Positions 36,314 to 45,868 of a stretch of 64,000 bases of DNA are shown here, piece after piece. Position 1 is the stretch's first letter, and every line of letters begins with the position of its first letter. The position numbers and the translations under genes are program-made. The stretch comes from Candidatus Omnitrophota bacterium (GTDB lineage: Bacteria; Omnitrophota; Gorgyraeia; Zapsychrales; Fredricksoniimonadaceae). Under the pieces are notes generated by a model. The model ran no database searches, was not told the origin of the DNA, and saw nothing but the letters and a program-made list of their open reading frames with translations. The DNA lies in NCBI GenBank assembly GCA_044225175.1, contig JBGAJA010000002.1, positions 472,991 to 536,990 on the forward strand, in the 5' to 3' direction.

Positions 36314-37303
36314 ATGCTTAATAACAGTGTCATTTTAATCACTGGCGGTACTGGTTCATTCGGCCAGAAATTCACTCAAACAATATTAACGCGTCATAAA
36401 CCCAAAAAAGTGATTATTTTTAGTCGAGATGAATTTAAACAGGATGAAATGTCCAAGAAATTTCCAGATACCAAGTATGAGATAAGGTATTTCCTTGGTG
36501 ATATACGAGATAAAAGTCGTTTATACAGAGCTTTTGAAGGAGTCGATTATGTAGTCCATGCTGCTGCCTTAAAACAAGTACCAGCATTGGAATATAATCC
36601 TATGGAAGCAGTTAAAACGAATGTTATGGGTGCAGATAATATTGTAGATGCAGCTATAGATTGTGGAGTCAAAAAAGTGGTGGCGCTTTCTACCGATAAG
36701 GCAGTCAATCCTATTAACCTATATGGAGCAACTAAGTTGGTTGCTGAAAAGACATTTATTGCTGGTAATGCGTATGCAGGTGGTAAGGTAAAGTTTTCTG
36801 TTGTGAGATATGGGAATGTGGTGGGTTCTCGAGGTAGTGTGATCCCCCTCTTTTTAAATTTTAAGAAACAAGGAGTCAAGGAGTTTCCTATTACAGATGA
36901 GAGAATGACTCGTTTTTGGATCACCCTTGATCAGGGCGTCGAACTGGTATTGATGGCTTTAGAAAAATCTGTAGGTGGGGAGAATTTTATTCCTATCATT
37001 CCTTCGATGAAGGTCACAGACTTAGCCCGTGCCATTGAGCCTGATTGTCGCTTCAAAAGTATTGGTATTCGTCCTGGAGAAAAATTGCATGAAACATTGA
37101 TTTCGGAAGACGAGGCTAGGAACGCTAAAAAAGTAGGTAATAATTATGTTATCTTGCCACAATTTTATTCGGAGGAGAGTGTGCATAAGACTTACGATCA
37201 ATACCCAACGGTCAGCGATGGGTTTTCTTACCGCAGTGATAATAATACTAAGTGGCTTTCAGTTGAAGATTTAAAAAAGATGATTGTGGATTTTGAAAAA
37301 TGA
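36314..37303 (+). CDS. pseB: UDP-N-acetylglucosamine 4,6-dehydratase (inverting), PseB/FlaA1-type
   Basis: ILITGGTGSFGQKF...IFSRDE...ALKQVP signature of PseB/CapD short-chain dehydratases. Confidence 0.85.
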   Translation: MLNNSVILITGGTGSFGQKFTQTILTRHKPKKVIIFSRDEFKQDEMSKKFPDTKYEIRYFLGDIRDKSRLYRAFEGVDYVVHAAALKQVPALEYNPMEAVKTNVMGADNIVDAAIDCGVKKVVALSTDKAVNPINLYGATKLVAEKTFIAGNAYAGGKVKFSVVRYGNVVGSRGSVIPLFLNFKKQGVKEFPITDERMTRFWITLDQGVELVLMALEKSVGGENFIPIIPSMKVTDLARAIEPDCRFKSIGIRPGEKLHETLISEDEARNAKKVGNNYVILPQFYSEESVHKTYDQYPTVSDGFSYRSDNNTKWLSVEDLKKMIVDFEK

Positions 37304-38487
37304 TAAGAACCATTCCATATGGTCGCCAGAGCATTAATGTTTCAGATGTTCGTGCCGTTCAACAAGCACTTAGTTCCAATTGGCTGACTCAAGGACCTCG
37401 AGTAGGTGAATTTGAAGAAGCTTTAGCTTCTTATACAGGAGCGCGTTATTGTGTTGTATTGTCAAATGGTACAGCAGCTTTGCATGGAGCTTTGTGGGCA
37501 ATTGGAATAGGATCAGGTGATGAAGTTGTGACATCGCCAATCACGTTTGCAGCAAGTGCCAATGCTGCTGTTTACGTAGGAGCCCACCCCAAGTTCGTAG
37601 ATATCGATAAGCAAACCTACCATATGGATTTGGATCAACTGGAGAAATGTTTAAGTCAGCCAGCTTGGGTCAAGAAAGTCAAGGTTATCATCCCAGTTCA
37701 TTATATGGGCACTGTTGTGGATCTGCCGCGCTTAAGTCGGATTTGTAAGAAAAAAGATATTAAAATTTTGGAAGATGCAGCTCATGCATTGGGCGCGGCC
37801 TATACATATAAGGGAAAAATTTTTAAGGTTGGTTCGGCGGCCCATTCCGATGCAGTCATGCTTTCTTTTCATCCCATTAAACAGATGACGACGGGTGAAG
37901 GTGGGGCAGTTTTGACCAATGATAAAGTCCTTTATGAGAATTTATTACGTTTACGGCACCACGGAATTGTTAAAGGTGCAGGGACAGCTTCTGTAGCGCT
38001 TAAACCTTATGCAAAAGAACCTTGGTTTTATGATATTCCAGAAGTTGGGTATAACTTTCGTTTAACCGATATGCAATCTGCCCTTGGATTATCTCAACTT
38101 AAGCGTTTGGACAGGTTTGTTAATGAGCGAAGAAAGCTAGTTAAAAAATATAACGAGGCCTTTCAATCTTTAAAACAGTTGATATTGCCTTGTGAACGTG
38201 AAGGAAGTGTGGGATCGTATCATTTATATCCGATACGTGTACCTGCCAATCGTCGATCGGATTTGCATATCTATTTAAAAGAACAAGGGATCGCAACGCA
38301 AGTCAATTACATCCCAGTACATTTACTTACTGCTTATCAACGTCTATTAGGTCATCGCTGGGGAGATTTTCCTGTGGCGGAACAATTCTTTCAAGAAACA
38401 TTGAGTTTACCTTTGTTTGTTGGCTTGACCAATCAACAACAGAACAAGATTATTAAGTCTGTTAAGGCTTTTTTTGCACATGAGTGA
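37300..38487 (+). CDS. pseC: UDP-4-amino-4,6-dideoxy-N-acetyl-beta-L-altrosamine transaminase, PseC-type (DegT family)
   Basis: IPYGRQSI...VxxALxSxWLTQGP N-terminus and FHPxKxMTTGEGG lysine block typical of PseC. Confidence 0.8.
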   Translation: MIRTIPYGRQSINVSDVRAVQQALSSNWLTQGPRVGEFEEALASYTGARYCVVLSNGTAALHGALWAIGIGSGDEVVTSPITFAASANAAVYVGAHPKFVDIDKQTYHMDLDQLEKCLSQPAWVKKVKVIIPVHYMGTVVDLPRLSRICKKKDIKILEDAAHALGAAYTYKGKIFKVGSAAHSDAVMLSFHPIKQMTTGEGGAVLTNDKVLYENLLRLRHHGIVKGAGTASVALKPYAKEPWFYDIPEVGYNFRLTDMQSALGLSQLKRLDRFVNERRKLVKKYNEAFQSLKQLILPCEREGSVGSYHLYPIRVPANRRSDLHIYLKEQGIATQVNYIPVHLLTAYQRLLGHRWGDFPVAEQFFQETLSLPLFVGLTNQQQNKIIKSVKAFFAHE

Positions 38488-39358
38488 TCATAGGACACGT
38501 TTAGCATTAGGCACAGTCCAATTTGGTTTACCTTATGGGGTGGCCAATCAACAAGGCCAAGTTTCTTTGACAGAAGTTCGCGATATTCTAAAAACAGCGA
38601 ATAGTTTTTGCATCACAACATTGGATACGGCATATGCCTATGGTCAAAGCGAAGAAGTATTAGGCCAATGTGGAGAATTGCTTAAAGATTTTTCAATTGT
38701 GACAAAATTGCCTCCAGGTACGCAGACTGCCCAAGCAGCGATGGAAGCTATACAAAAATCATTATCTCGTCTGCATTTAAAAAGTGTTGATGCAGTTTTG
38801 ATGCATACTTTTGAAGATTACCGGCAATGTCCTGAAATAATTGAAGCTCTAGGACAAATGAAGCGCCAGGGATTATGTAAGAAAATAGGATTCTCTTTAT
38901 ATTATCCTAGTGATCTTAAGTTGTTATTGGACCAAAACGTTTCTTTTGACGTGCTGCAGGTACCGTATAGCGTATTTGACCGTAGATTTGAGTCATTTTT
39001 TGATGAATTAGCATCGCGTCATATTGAAGTCCATGTGCGTTCAGTTTTTTTGCAGGGTGCAGTTTTTATATCACCCATGCAGTTGCCGGAGTATTTAAAA
39101 AGTGCACGGGTTCAATGGCAGAGATTGCATGTATTGGCCAAAGAACAAGGTTTAGATGTCTCATCCATTTGTTTAAATTTTGCCTTGAGTCATTGTGATA
39201 TTAGTAAAGTTGTCATTGGTATTGATAGTCTTGAGCATTTAAAAAATAATGTAGGTGATTTAAGTAACTACACGCAAGTAGAAGCTTTACTTCCCGTTTT
39301 GAAAGAAATAGCTATTGAGGATGAGAAGATTCTACTACCTTTCTTATGGAAAAAATAA
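38474..39358 (+). CDS. aldo/keto reductase family oxidoreductase
   Basis: LGTVQFG...LDTAYAYGQSE AKR N-terminal motifs. Confidence 0.65.
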   Translation: MHMSDHRTRLALGTVQFGLPYGVANQQGQVSLTEVRDILKTANSFCITTLDTAYAYGQSEEVLGQCGELLKDFSIVTKLPPGTQTAQAAMEAIQKSLSRLHLKSVDAVLMHTFEDYRQCPEIIEALGQMKRQGLCKKIGFSLYYPSDLKLLLDQNVSFDVLQVPYSVFDRRFESFFDELASRHIEVHVRSVFLQGAVFISPMQLPEYLKSARVQWQRLHVLAKEQGLDVSSICLNFALSHCDISKVVIGIDSLEHLKNNVGDLSNYTQVEALLPVLKEIAIEDEKILLPFLWKK

Positions 39359-40113
39359 AAGCTTCTATTATTGTTCAAGCCCGCATGGGTGCCAGGCGTC
39401 TACCAGGCAAGGTTCTGTTAAAGACCTGTGGCAAGACTGTGTTAGAACATGTCATTGAGCGTTTGCATCGGGCCAGACGTGTCGAGAATGTGATTGTGGC
39501 AACAACTGTGGCCAAAGATGATTTGCCGATTGTGCGTTTGGTCAGCTCTAAAGGCGTAGGAGTTTTTTGTGGCTCACAGGAAGATGTGCTTGACCGTTAT
39601 TATCAGGCAGCCAGGCTTTTTGGTTTTAAACATATTGTACGCATTACAGCTGATTGTCCTTTGATTGATCCAGCCATCATTGACCGTGTGATTGAAGCCT
39701 ATTTTAAACAGCATTCGGATTATGCGGCTAATATCATTAAGCCAACCTATCCTGATGGTCAGGATGTGGAGGTTTTTTCTTTTGCAGCGCTTGAGCATGC
39801 CTGGCAAAAAGCGAAACGTTCTTCGCAGCGTGAGCATGTCACGGTTTTTATCCGTGAGAATCCAAAATTATTTAAGCAGTTTTCGGTTTGTCATAGCAAA
39901 GATTTAAGTCAAATGCGCTGGACTCTCGATGAACCCGAAGATTGGGAATTAATTCGTAAGATATTTGGGGCTATATATAAAGATAAGCCAAATTTTAATA
40001 TGCTGGATGTATTACGTCTACTCAATGACCATCCTCAATGGAATAGAGTAAATCAGCATATTCGACGTAATGAAGGGTATCAATATTCATTGGCAGTGGA
40101 GAGAAAAAAATAA
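39346..40113 (+). CDS. pseF: cytidylyltransferase, SpsF/PseF-like (CMP-nonulosonate synthetase family)
   Basis: IIVQARMGARRLPGKVLL N-terminal nucleotidyltransferase motif of the acylneuraminate cytidylyltransferase family. Confidence 0.6.
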   Translation: MEKIKASIIVQARMGARRLPGKVLLKTCGKTVLEHVIERLHRARRVENVIVATTVAKDDLPIVRLVSSKGVGVFCGSQEDVLDRYYQAARLFGFKHIVRITADCPLIDPAIIDRVIEAYFKQHSDYAANIIKPTYPDGQDVEVFSFAALEHAWQKAKRSSQREHVTVFIRENPKLFKQFSVCHSKDLSQMRWTLDEPEDWELIRKIFGAIYKDKPNFNMLDVLRLLNDHPQWNRVNQHIRRNEGYQYSLAVERKK

Positions 40114-41432
40114 TGGTCACTACACGTAAAGGCCAAGCCTTATATACAAAAGCAAAAAAACTGATTCCTGGTGGGACACAGCTTTTAAGCAAACGTCCTG
40201 AGCTGCATTTGCCGGGACAATGGCCGTCTTATTATACGAAAGCTAAAGGCTGTCAGGTGTGGGATCTCGACGGAAATTGCTTTATAGATATGAGTTATAT
40301 GGGGATTGGTGCTTGTATATTGGGTTATGCTAATCCCGCTGTCGATAATGCCGTTAAGAAAGCAATTGATCGCGGTACAATGACGACATTGAATTGTCCG
40401 GAAGAAGTGGAGTTGGCAGACGAGCTATGTCGTATTCATCCATGGGCAGAGATGGCACGTTTTACTCGAGGTGGTGGAGAAGCTATGGCTGTGGCCGTAC
40501 GCATTGCGCGTGCTTATACGAATAAAGACATTGTACTTTTTTGCGGGTATCACGGATGGCATGATTGGTATTTGTCTGCCAATCTTTCTGATAAGAAATC
40601 TTTAAATACACATCTATTAAGTGGTTTACATCCTAAAGGTGTGCCTGCTAATTTGAGCGGAACAGTAATTGGTTTTGAGTTTAACAATACAAAAGAATTC
40701 TTAAACCTTTGGAAGAAGTACGGCAAGCGTGTTGCTGCGGTTGTCATGGAACCAATCCGCAATGATGTGCCTACACCAACCTTTTTGGAAACGATACGAA
40801 CAAAGACCCGCCAAAATCATTCTGTTTTGATCTTTGATGAAATCACTAGCGGTTGGCGATTATGTGTTGGAGGAGCGCATAAAACATTTGGTGTTGATCC
40901 AGATATAGCAGTATTTGCTAAGGCTATTTCTAATGGTTACCCCATGTCAGCGATCATTGGCAGAAGAGCAGTAATGGATGCTGCACAAAGTTCATTTATT
41001 AGCAGTACCTATTGGACCGAACGGATAGGTCCAACAGCAGCTTTAGCCACAATCAAATTCTTAAAGGATCATCAGGTACCTATTCATTTAAATAAGATTG
41101 GTCATTTGATCCAAGTGGGATGGAAAGAGGCTGCGCGCAAAACAGGGACAGCTATTTGTGTCGGGGGTATGGCACCTTTGAGTCATTTTGCTTTTGAAGA
41201 CAATGATCCTCTGTTGGCTAAAACAGTTTTTACCCAATTAATGTTGGATAAAGGATTTCTAGCGATCACAGCATGTTATACGAGTTTTGCTCATACTACA
41301 GGAATTGCCAAAGAATATTTAGATGCAGTGGAAGAAACATTTAAACAAATGTCGTTTGCTCGCCACAAGAAAGGCTTAGCTAAGCTTCTTAAAGGGAGTG
41401 TCTGTCAAAGTGGTTTTAAAAGGTTAAATTGA
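40113..41432 (+). CDS. class-III (glutamate-1-semialdehyde aminomutase-like) PLP aminotransferase
   Basis: Length and YHGWHDWY/DEITSGWR-type blocks of AT-III enzymes. Confidence 0.65.
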   Translation: MVTTRKGQALYTKAKKLIPGGTQLLSKRPELHLPGQWPSYYTKAKGCQVWDLDGNCFIDMSYMGIGACILGYANPAVDNAVKKAIDRGTMTTLNCPEEVELADELCRIHPWAEMARFTRGGGEAMAVAVRIARAYTNKDIVLFCGYHGWHDWYLSANLSDKKSLNTHLLSGLHPKGVPANLSGTVIGFEFNNTKEFLNLWKKYGKRVAAVVMEPIRNDVPTPTFLETIRTKTRQNHSVLIFDEITSGWRLCVGGAHKTFGVDPDIAVFAKAISNGYPMSAIIGRRAVMDAAQSSFISSTYWTERIGPTAALATIKFLKDHQVPIHLNKIGHLIQVGWKEAARKTGTAICVGGMAPLSHFAFEDNDPLLAKTVFTQLMLDKGFLAITACYTSFAHTTGIAKEYLDAVEETFKQMSFARHKKGLAKLLKGSVCQSGFKRLN

Positions 41433-42113
41433 ATGGGACTCAAAAATATTATTATAGCAACAGTACATTCTTGGAATATTCAACATGCCCGTGAATTCAA
41501 AGCAAAAGGGTTTAAGGTTAAAGTCATTAATAATCCTAAGCAATTGACGATGACATTACTTAAGAAGTTAAATCCTAGATATGTTTTTTTTCCTCACTGG
41601 TCCTGGAAAATTCCTGCAGATATTTTTCAAACCTTTCCCTGTGTCATTTTTCATATGACTGATTTGCCTTATGGTCGGGGAGGCTCTCCTTTGCAAAATT
41701 TGATTGTGCAAGATATTTCCAAAACTAAGATTACGGCGCTGCAGGCCATTAGTGAAATGGATGCTGGACCTGTTTATTTAAAGCGACAATTAAGTCTTAA
41801 GGGAAGCGCTCAAGAAATTTATGAACGCGCTGCAGGCATTATATTTCAGGACATGATTCCGTATATTTTAAAACACAGCCCAAAACCTCGGCTCCAACAA
41901 GGCCATCCTGTCTATTTTCAAAGAAGAAATCCGCAAGATGGGAATATAGGGCTATTAAAAGATCTAAAGAAAATATTCAATTTTATTCGTATGCTGGATG
42001 CCCCAGGTTATCCCAAAGCATTTGTAGAGCTTTCTGGTATAAGGTTAGAGTTTTCACAAGCTAAAGCTTACAAAGGTTTAATTAAAGCTACTGTGGAGAT
42101 TAAATCAAAATGA
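41433..42113 (+). CDS. formyltransferase-domain protein (Fmt/PurN-like)
   Basis: HMTDLPYGRGGSPLQ matches the HxSLLPxxRG formyl-transferase catalytic motif. Confidence 0.6.
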   Translation: MGLKNIIIATVHSWNIQHAREFKAKGFKVKVINNPKQLTMTLLKKLNPRYVFFPHWSWKIPADIFQTFPCVIFHMTDLPYGRGGSPLQNLIVQDISKTKITALQAISEMDAGPVYLKRQLSLKGSAQEIYERAAGIIFQDMIPYILKHSPKPRLQQGHPVYFQRRNPQDGNIGLLKDLKKIFNFIRMLDAPGYPKAFVELSGIRLEFSQAKAYKGLIKATVEIKSK

Positions 42114-42817
42114 GTCAGAACGTCTTAATTGTCGCCGCTCATGCGGATGATGAAATTCTAGGTTGTGGAGCAACAATGGCCTGGCACATCTCTCAAGGGG
42201 ACCGCGTTAAGCTGTTGATATTGACGGATGGCGTAACTTCTCGTAGTTATGACATTGATGTGAAGCGTACGAGAGAGGAAGAATTAACTCTTTGTGCAGT
42301 ACAAATGAACCAGCGAAAACAAGAAGCACGGAAAGCAGCTCAGATTCTAGGATTAAATAAAGAAGATCTTGTATTTAGGGATTTGGCTGATCAACGATTA
42401 GACGAATATCCATTTCTTTACTTGGTTAAATGTATTGAGAAAATCAAAAATAGTTTTAATCCCAAAATTATTTATACCCATTTCTGGGGTGATCTTAATC
42501 TCGATCATGAGTTAGTTTGTCGTGCTGTATTGACCGCTTTTAGACCTAATCCTACAGGAAAAGCTGAAGAAATTTTTCATTTCGAAATTCCAGAATCAAC
42601 GATGTTATCCATTCCTTATCGTCATAAAGCATTTCAACCGAATCATTATGTGGATATTGGTAAAACAATTAGTTTAAAATTACAAGCATTGGCAGTTTAT
42701 GAGAGTGAAAAACGTATTTATCCTGACCGTCGTTCCCCAGAATTTATTAATCAATTAGCACACCTTCGTGGCAAAGAAGCAGGTATGACGGTCGCGGAGG
42801 CTTTTGTCCGACTATGA
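42110..42817 (+). CDS. PIG-L/LmbE-family N-deacetylase
   Basis: VLIVAAHADDEILGCG N-terminal zinc-site motif. Confidence 0.7.
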   Translation: MSQNVLIVAAHADDEILGCGATMAWHISQGDRVKLLILTDGVTSRSYDIDVKRTREEELTLCAVQMNQRKQEARKAAQILGLNKEDLVFRDLADQRLDEYPFLYLVKCIEKIKNSFNPKIIYTHFWGDLNLDHELVCRAVLTAFRPNPTGKAEEIFHFEIPESTMLSIPYRHKAFQPNHYVDIGKTISLKLQALAVYESEKRIYPDRRSPEFINQLAHLRGKEAGMTVAEAFVRL

Positions 42818-44280
42818 AATTCATTATTCGTGCAGATGGGTCTCCCTCAATTGGAACAGGGCATATTTTTAGAACTTTGGCGTTAGCCCGTCAGTTGAAA
42901 TGTTCTAATCACACCATAAGCTATCTGTGCAAACCTTTGATTCCTGCATTGGAAGCGCGATTGGTGAAAGAAGGTTTTAAAGTTCAGCATCTCGCAGATG
43001 GCAAAACGTTTGATGCTGAAATACCAGCAGTTCTGGATATAGTCAAAGAGCAAGCTCCAGAGTGGGTCATTGTGGACCATTATGAGGTAAAAGAAAAGTA
43101 TTACGATCAATTAAAGCAATTAGGTTGTAAGGTTCTTGCGATTGATGACATTAATCATACAAAGTTTCCAATTAACATTTTATTGAACCAGAATATTTAT
43201 GCTGAGGAGATTCATTATTCGTGCAGTACTTCAACACGTTCTTTAATGGGTCCTCAGTATGCGTTGATCGATGAAGTTTACGAACAAAAAAGAACATTAG
43301 CTAAACCCAGAAGTTGTTTGAAAAAAGTCTTAATTTTTATGGGCGGTGCTGATAAAGATAATCAAACCTTAAAAGCATTGCAGGCAGTAATTTTGTCAGG
43401 AAGAAATGTGGAAGTAAATATTGTACTGGGCAGTGCGTATCAGTTTGAAGATGCCTTACGTCAAGCCATAGCTTTAACACCTCAGGTCCGTATTTATAAA
43501 GATCTTCCTCATTTGGCAGATTTGATGTTGGAAGCAGATTTAGCAATTGTCACTGCTGGTTCAACTTGTTGGCAGATGTGTTGTGTTTACTTACCCATGC
43601 TTTTAATATCAGTTGCTGATAATCAGGTTCCTGTTGGGCAAGGTATTGCTCGAGCTGGAGCAGGCCGCTATCTAGGCACAGGCGTGCATATGTCAGTGGA
43701 ACAAATGGCCCAGACTATTCTATCTATTGAGGATGATGAACTTAAATCTATGAGTCAAAAGGCAGGGGCGATCTGTGATGGAGCTGGAGTTAAACGTGTG
43801 ATAGCCAGTTTAAGAAATATAATTTTAAGACCAGCAGGCTTGGACGATCTTGATATTACATTTCAATGGGTCAATGAAACTTTGGTACGACAAAACTCTT
43901 TAAATACTGAGAAAATTGCCATGGAGACTCATCGCCAATGGTTTTTGAATAAGCTTCATAACCCACAACAGAGTAGAATTTTTATCGCAGAAGTTGAGGA
44001 TGAAGGAATGATAGGCCAAATTCGATTTGACCGCCAACAGGATAAAATATTGATGGACTACTCTCTCGATGCTCGTTACCGGGGCCAAGGTTTAGGAAGT
44101 TTACTTGTTGAGCTTGGTATCACAACAATCGGGTCTATTTGGAAGGATGCAGAGGACTTGTTAGCTGTTGTCAAACCTCAGAATATAGTTTCTCAAAAGA
44201 TATTTGAGAAAAATGGATTTAAATTAAACAAGCGTGCTGATGTGCTTGAATATGCTAAGGCAATTCCAAGGGAGATATAA
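42814..44280 (+). CDS. pseG: PseG-like UDP-sugar hydrolase fused to a C-terminal GNAT acetyltransferase (PseH-like)
   Basis: MKFIIRADGSPSIGTGHIFRTLALARQL PseG N-terminus; the C-terminal ~150 aa has a GNAT RGQGLGSLL acetyl-CoA loop. Confidence 0.7.
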   Translation: MKFIIRADGSPSIGTGHIFRTLALARQLKCSNHTISYLCKPLIPALEARLVKEGFKVQHLADGKTFDAEIPAVLDIVKEQAPEWVIVDHYEVKEKYYDQLKQLGCKVLAIDDINHTKFPINILLNQNIYAEEIHYSCSTSTRSLMGPQYALIDEVYEQKRTLAKPRSCLKKVLIFMGGADKDNQTLKALQAVILSGRNVEVNIVLGSAYQFEDALRQAIALTPQVRIYKDLPHLADLMLEADLAIVTAGSTCWQMCCVYLPMLLISVADNQVPVGQGIARAGAGRYLGTGVHMSVEQMAQTILSIEDDELKSMSQKAGAICDGAGVKRVIASLRNIILRPAGLDDLDITFQWVNETLVRQNSLNTEKIAMETHRQWFLNKLHNPQQSRIFIAEVEDEGMIGQIRFDRQQDKILMDYSLDARYRGQGLGSLLVELGITTIGSIWKDAEDLLAVVKPQNIVSQKIFEKNGFKLNKRADVLEYAKAIPREI

Positions 44281-45302
44281 TGGATTTTCAAAAATTGACC
44301 CAATCATTTTTAGTTGCAGAAATATCTGCTAATCATGCGCAAAAATTTGACCGAGCGGTAGCCATGATTAAGGCTGCCAAGAAATGTGGAGCTGATGCAG
44401 TTAAGTTTCAGACTTATACACCAGATACAATGACGCTTAATTGTGATAAACCGTGTTTTCAGATCAAACATACGCAATGGAAAGGTCAAAGTTTATACCG
44501 TTTGTATCAGCAGGCTTACACTCCTTATGTTTGGTTTAAGAAACTTAAGAAGGTGGCTGACAGTGAGGGAATATTGTTTTTCTCCGCTTCTTTTGATAAA
44601 AGCGCTGTTGATTTACTGGAAGAAATTGATTGTCCTATTCATAAGATTGCTTCTTTTGAGCTGGTTGATCATCCATTGATTGCCTATATTGCCAAAACAA
44701 AAAAGCCTTTGATTATGTCAACGGGAATGGCGACCATCAAAGAGATTCAAGATGCACTGTTTGTAGCTCGTAAGAATGGAGCCAAGCAGATCATGTTATT
44801 AAAATGCATTAGTGCTTATCCGGCACCAGATGAAGATATGAATTTAAGAACCATCCCTGATATGGCGAAACGTTTCAAGTGTGCCGTTGGTCTTTCTGAT
44901 CATTCCATGGGAACGACCGCGTCAGTGGTAGCTGTAACTTTAGGAGCTAAGATGGTTGAGAAGCATTTTACTTTGGATAAACGTGTCAAAACACCTGATA
45001 GTTCTTTTTCAATCACTCCGGATGAGTTTGCTCGAATGGTTAAAGATGTACGCACAGCTGAAGCCTTGGCAGGGAAAGCATTTTATGGTTTAAGCCCAGA
45101 TGAGAAGAACAATAGGATTTTTAGACGTTCGCTCTTTGTAGCTGCGAATATTAGCAAGGGGCAATTGCTGACAGAAGAAAATATTAAAAGTGTTCGACCA
45201 GCGCATGGTTTGCCACCAGCGTTTTTAAATTCTGTCATTGGACGCAGGGCCAAGAAAGACATCACTTATGGAACGCCCTTGTCGTTGAATATGATTACAT
45301 AA
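44280..45302 (+). CDS. pseI: pseudaminic acid synthase (NeuB family)
   Basis: ISANHAQ...AVKFQTY NeuB/PseI TIM-barrel motifs plus a C-terminal SAF/antifreeze-like domain. Confidence 0.8.
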   Translation: MDFQKLTQSFLVAEISANHAQKFDRAVAMIKAAKKCGADAVKFQTYTPDTMTLNCDKPCFQIKHTQWKGQSLYRLYQQAYTPYVWFKKLKKVADSEGILFFSASFDKSAVDLLEEIDCPIHKIASFELVDHPLIAYIAKTKKPLIMSTGMATIKEIQDALFVARKNGAKQIMLLKCISAYPAPDEDMNLRTIPDMAKRFKCAVGLSDHSMGTTASVVAVTLGAKMVEKHFTLDKRVKTPDSSFSITPDEFARMVKDVRTAEALAGKAFYGLSPDEKNNRIFRRSLFVAANISKGQLLTEENIKSVRPAHGLPPAFLNSVIGRRAKKDITYGTPLSLNMIT

Positions 45303-45316
45303 GGAAACATAAAACG

Positions 45317-45868
45317 ATGAATGATTTGGCTGGAGTTGTTTTAAAAGGTAAACAGTGCTTCCTCAGACCTTTGACATTAGAAGACGTGAGTGAGCGTTAC
45401 GTGGCTTGGATGAATGATCCAAGTGTCACTCGTTTTTTGGAAACACGCTTTACTGTACATACATTAGAATCGATCAAAGAGTATGTGCGTGATGCTTCCA
45501 ATGATCCTAATAATATTTTTATGGCTATTTGTTTGAATGAAGATGGAAGCCATATCGGCAATATTAAATTAGGTCCTATTAACCGTCAGCATTCTTTCGG
45601 GACCATCGGTTTGATGATTGGAGAAAAAGATTGTTGGGGTAAAGGTTATGCAACGCAGGCGATTGAATTGATTAGCCGGTATGCTTTTGAACAATTGAAA
45701 CTGCATAAATTGATGGCAGGTTGTTATGTTGATAACACCGGTTCACTGCGAGCCTTTGAAAAAGTGGGATTTACACGTGAAGGGGTTGAGCAATCGAAAT
45801 GGTTATACGAAGGAAAGTATATTGATGGAATATTATTGTCACTCTTAAATTCTAAGGAGTTGTTATGA
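45317..45868 (+). CDS. GNAT family N-acetyltransferase (RimL-like)
   Basis: GNAT core; WGKGYATQA acetyl-CoA binding loop. Confidence 0.7.
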   Translation: MNDLAGVVLKGKQCFLRPLTLEDVSERYVAWMNDPSVTRFLETRFTVHTLESIKEYVRDASNDPNNIFMAICLNEDGSHIGNIKLGPINRQHSFGTIGLMIGEKDCWGKGYATQAIELISRYAFEQLKLHKLMAGCYVDNTGSLRAFEKVGFTREGVEQSKWLYEGKYIDGILLSLLNSKELL

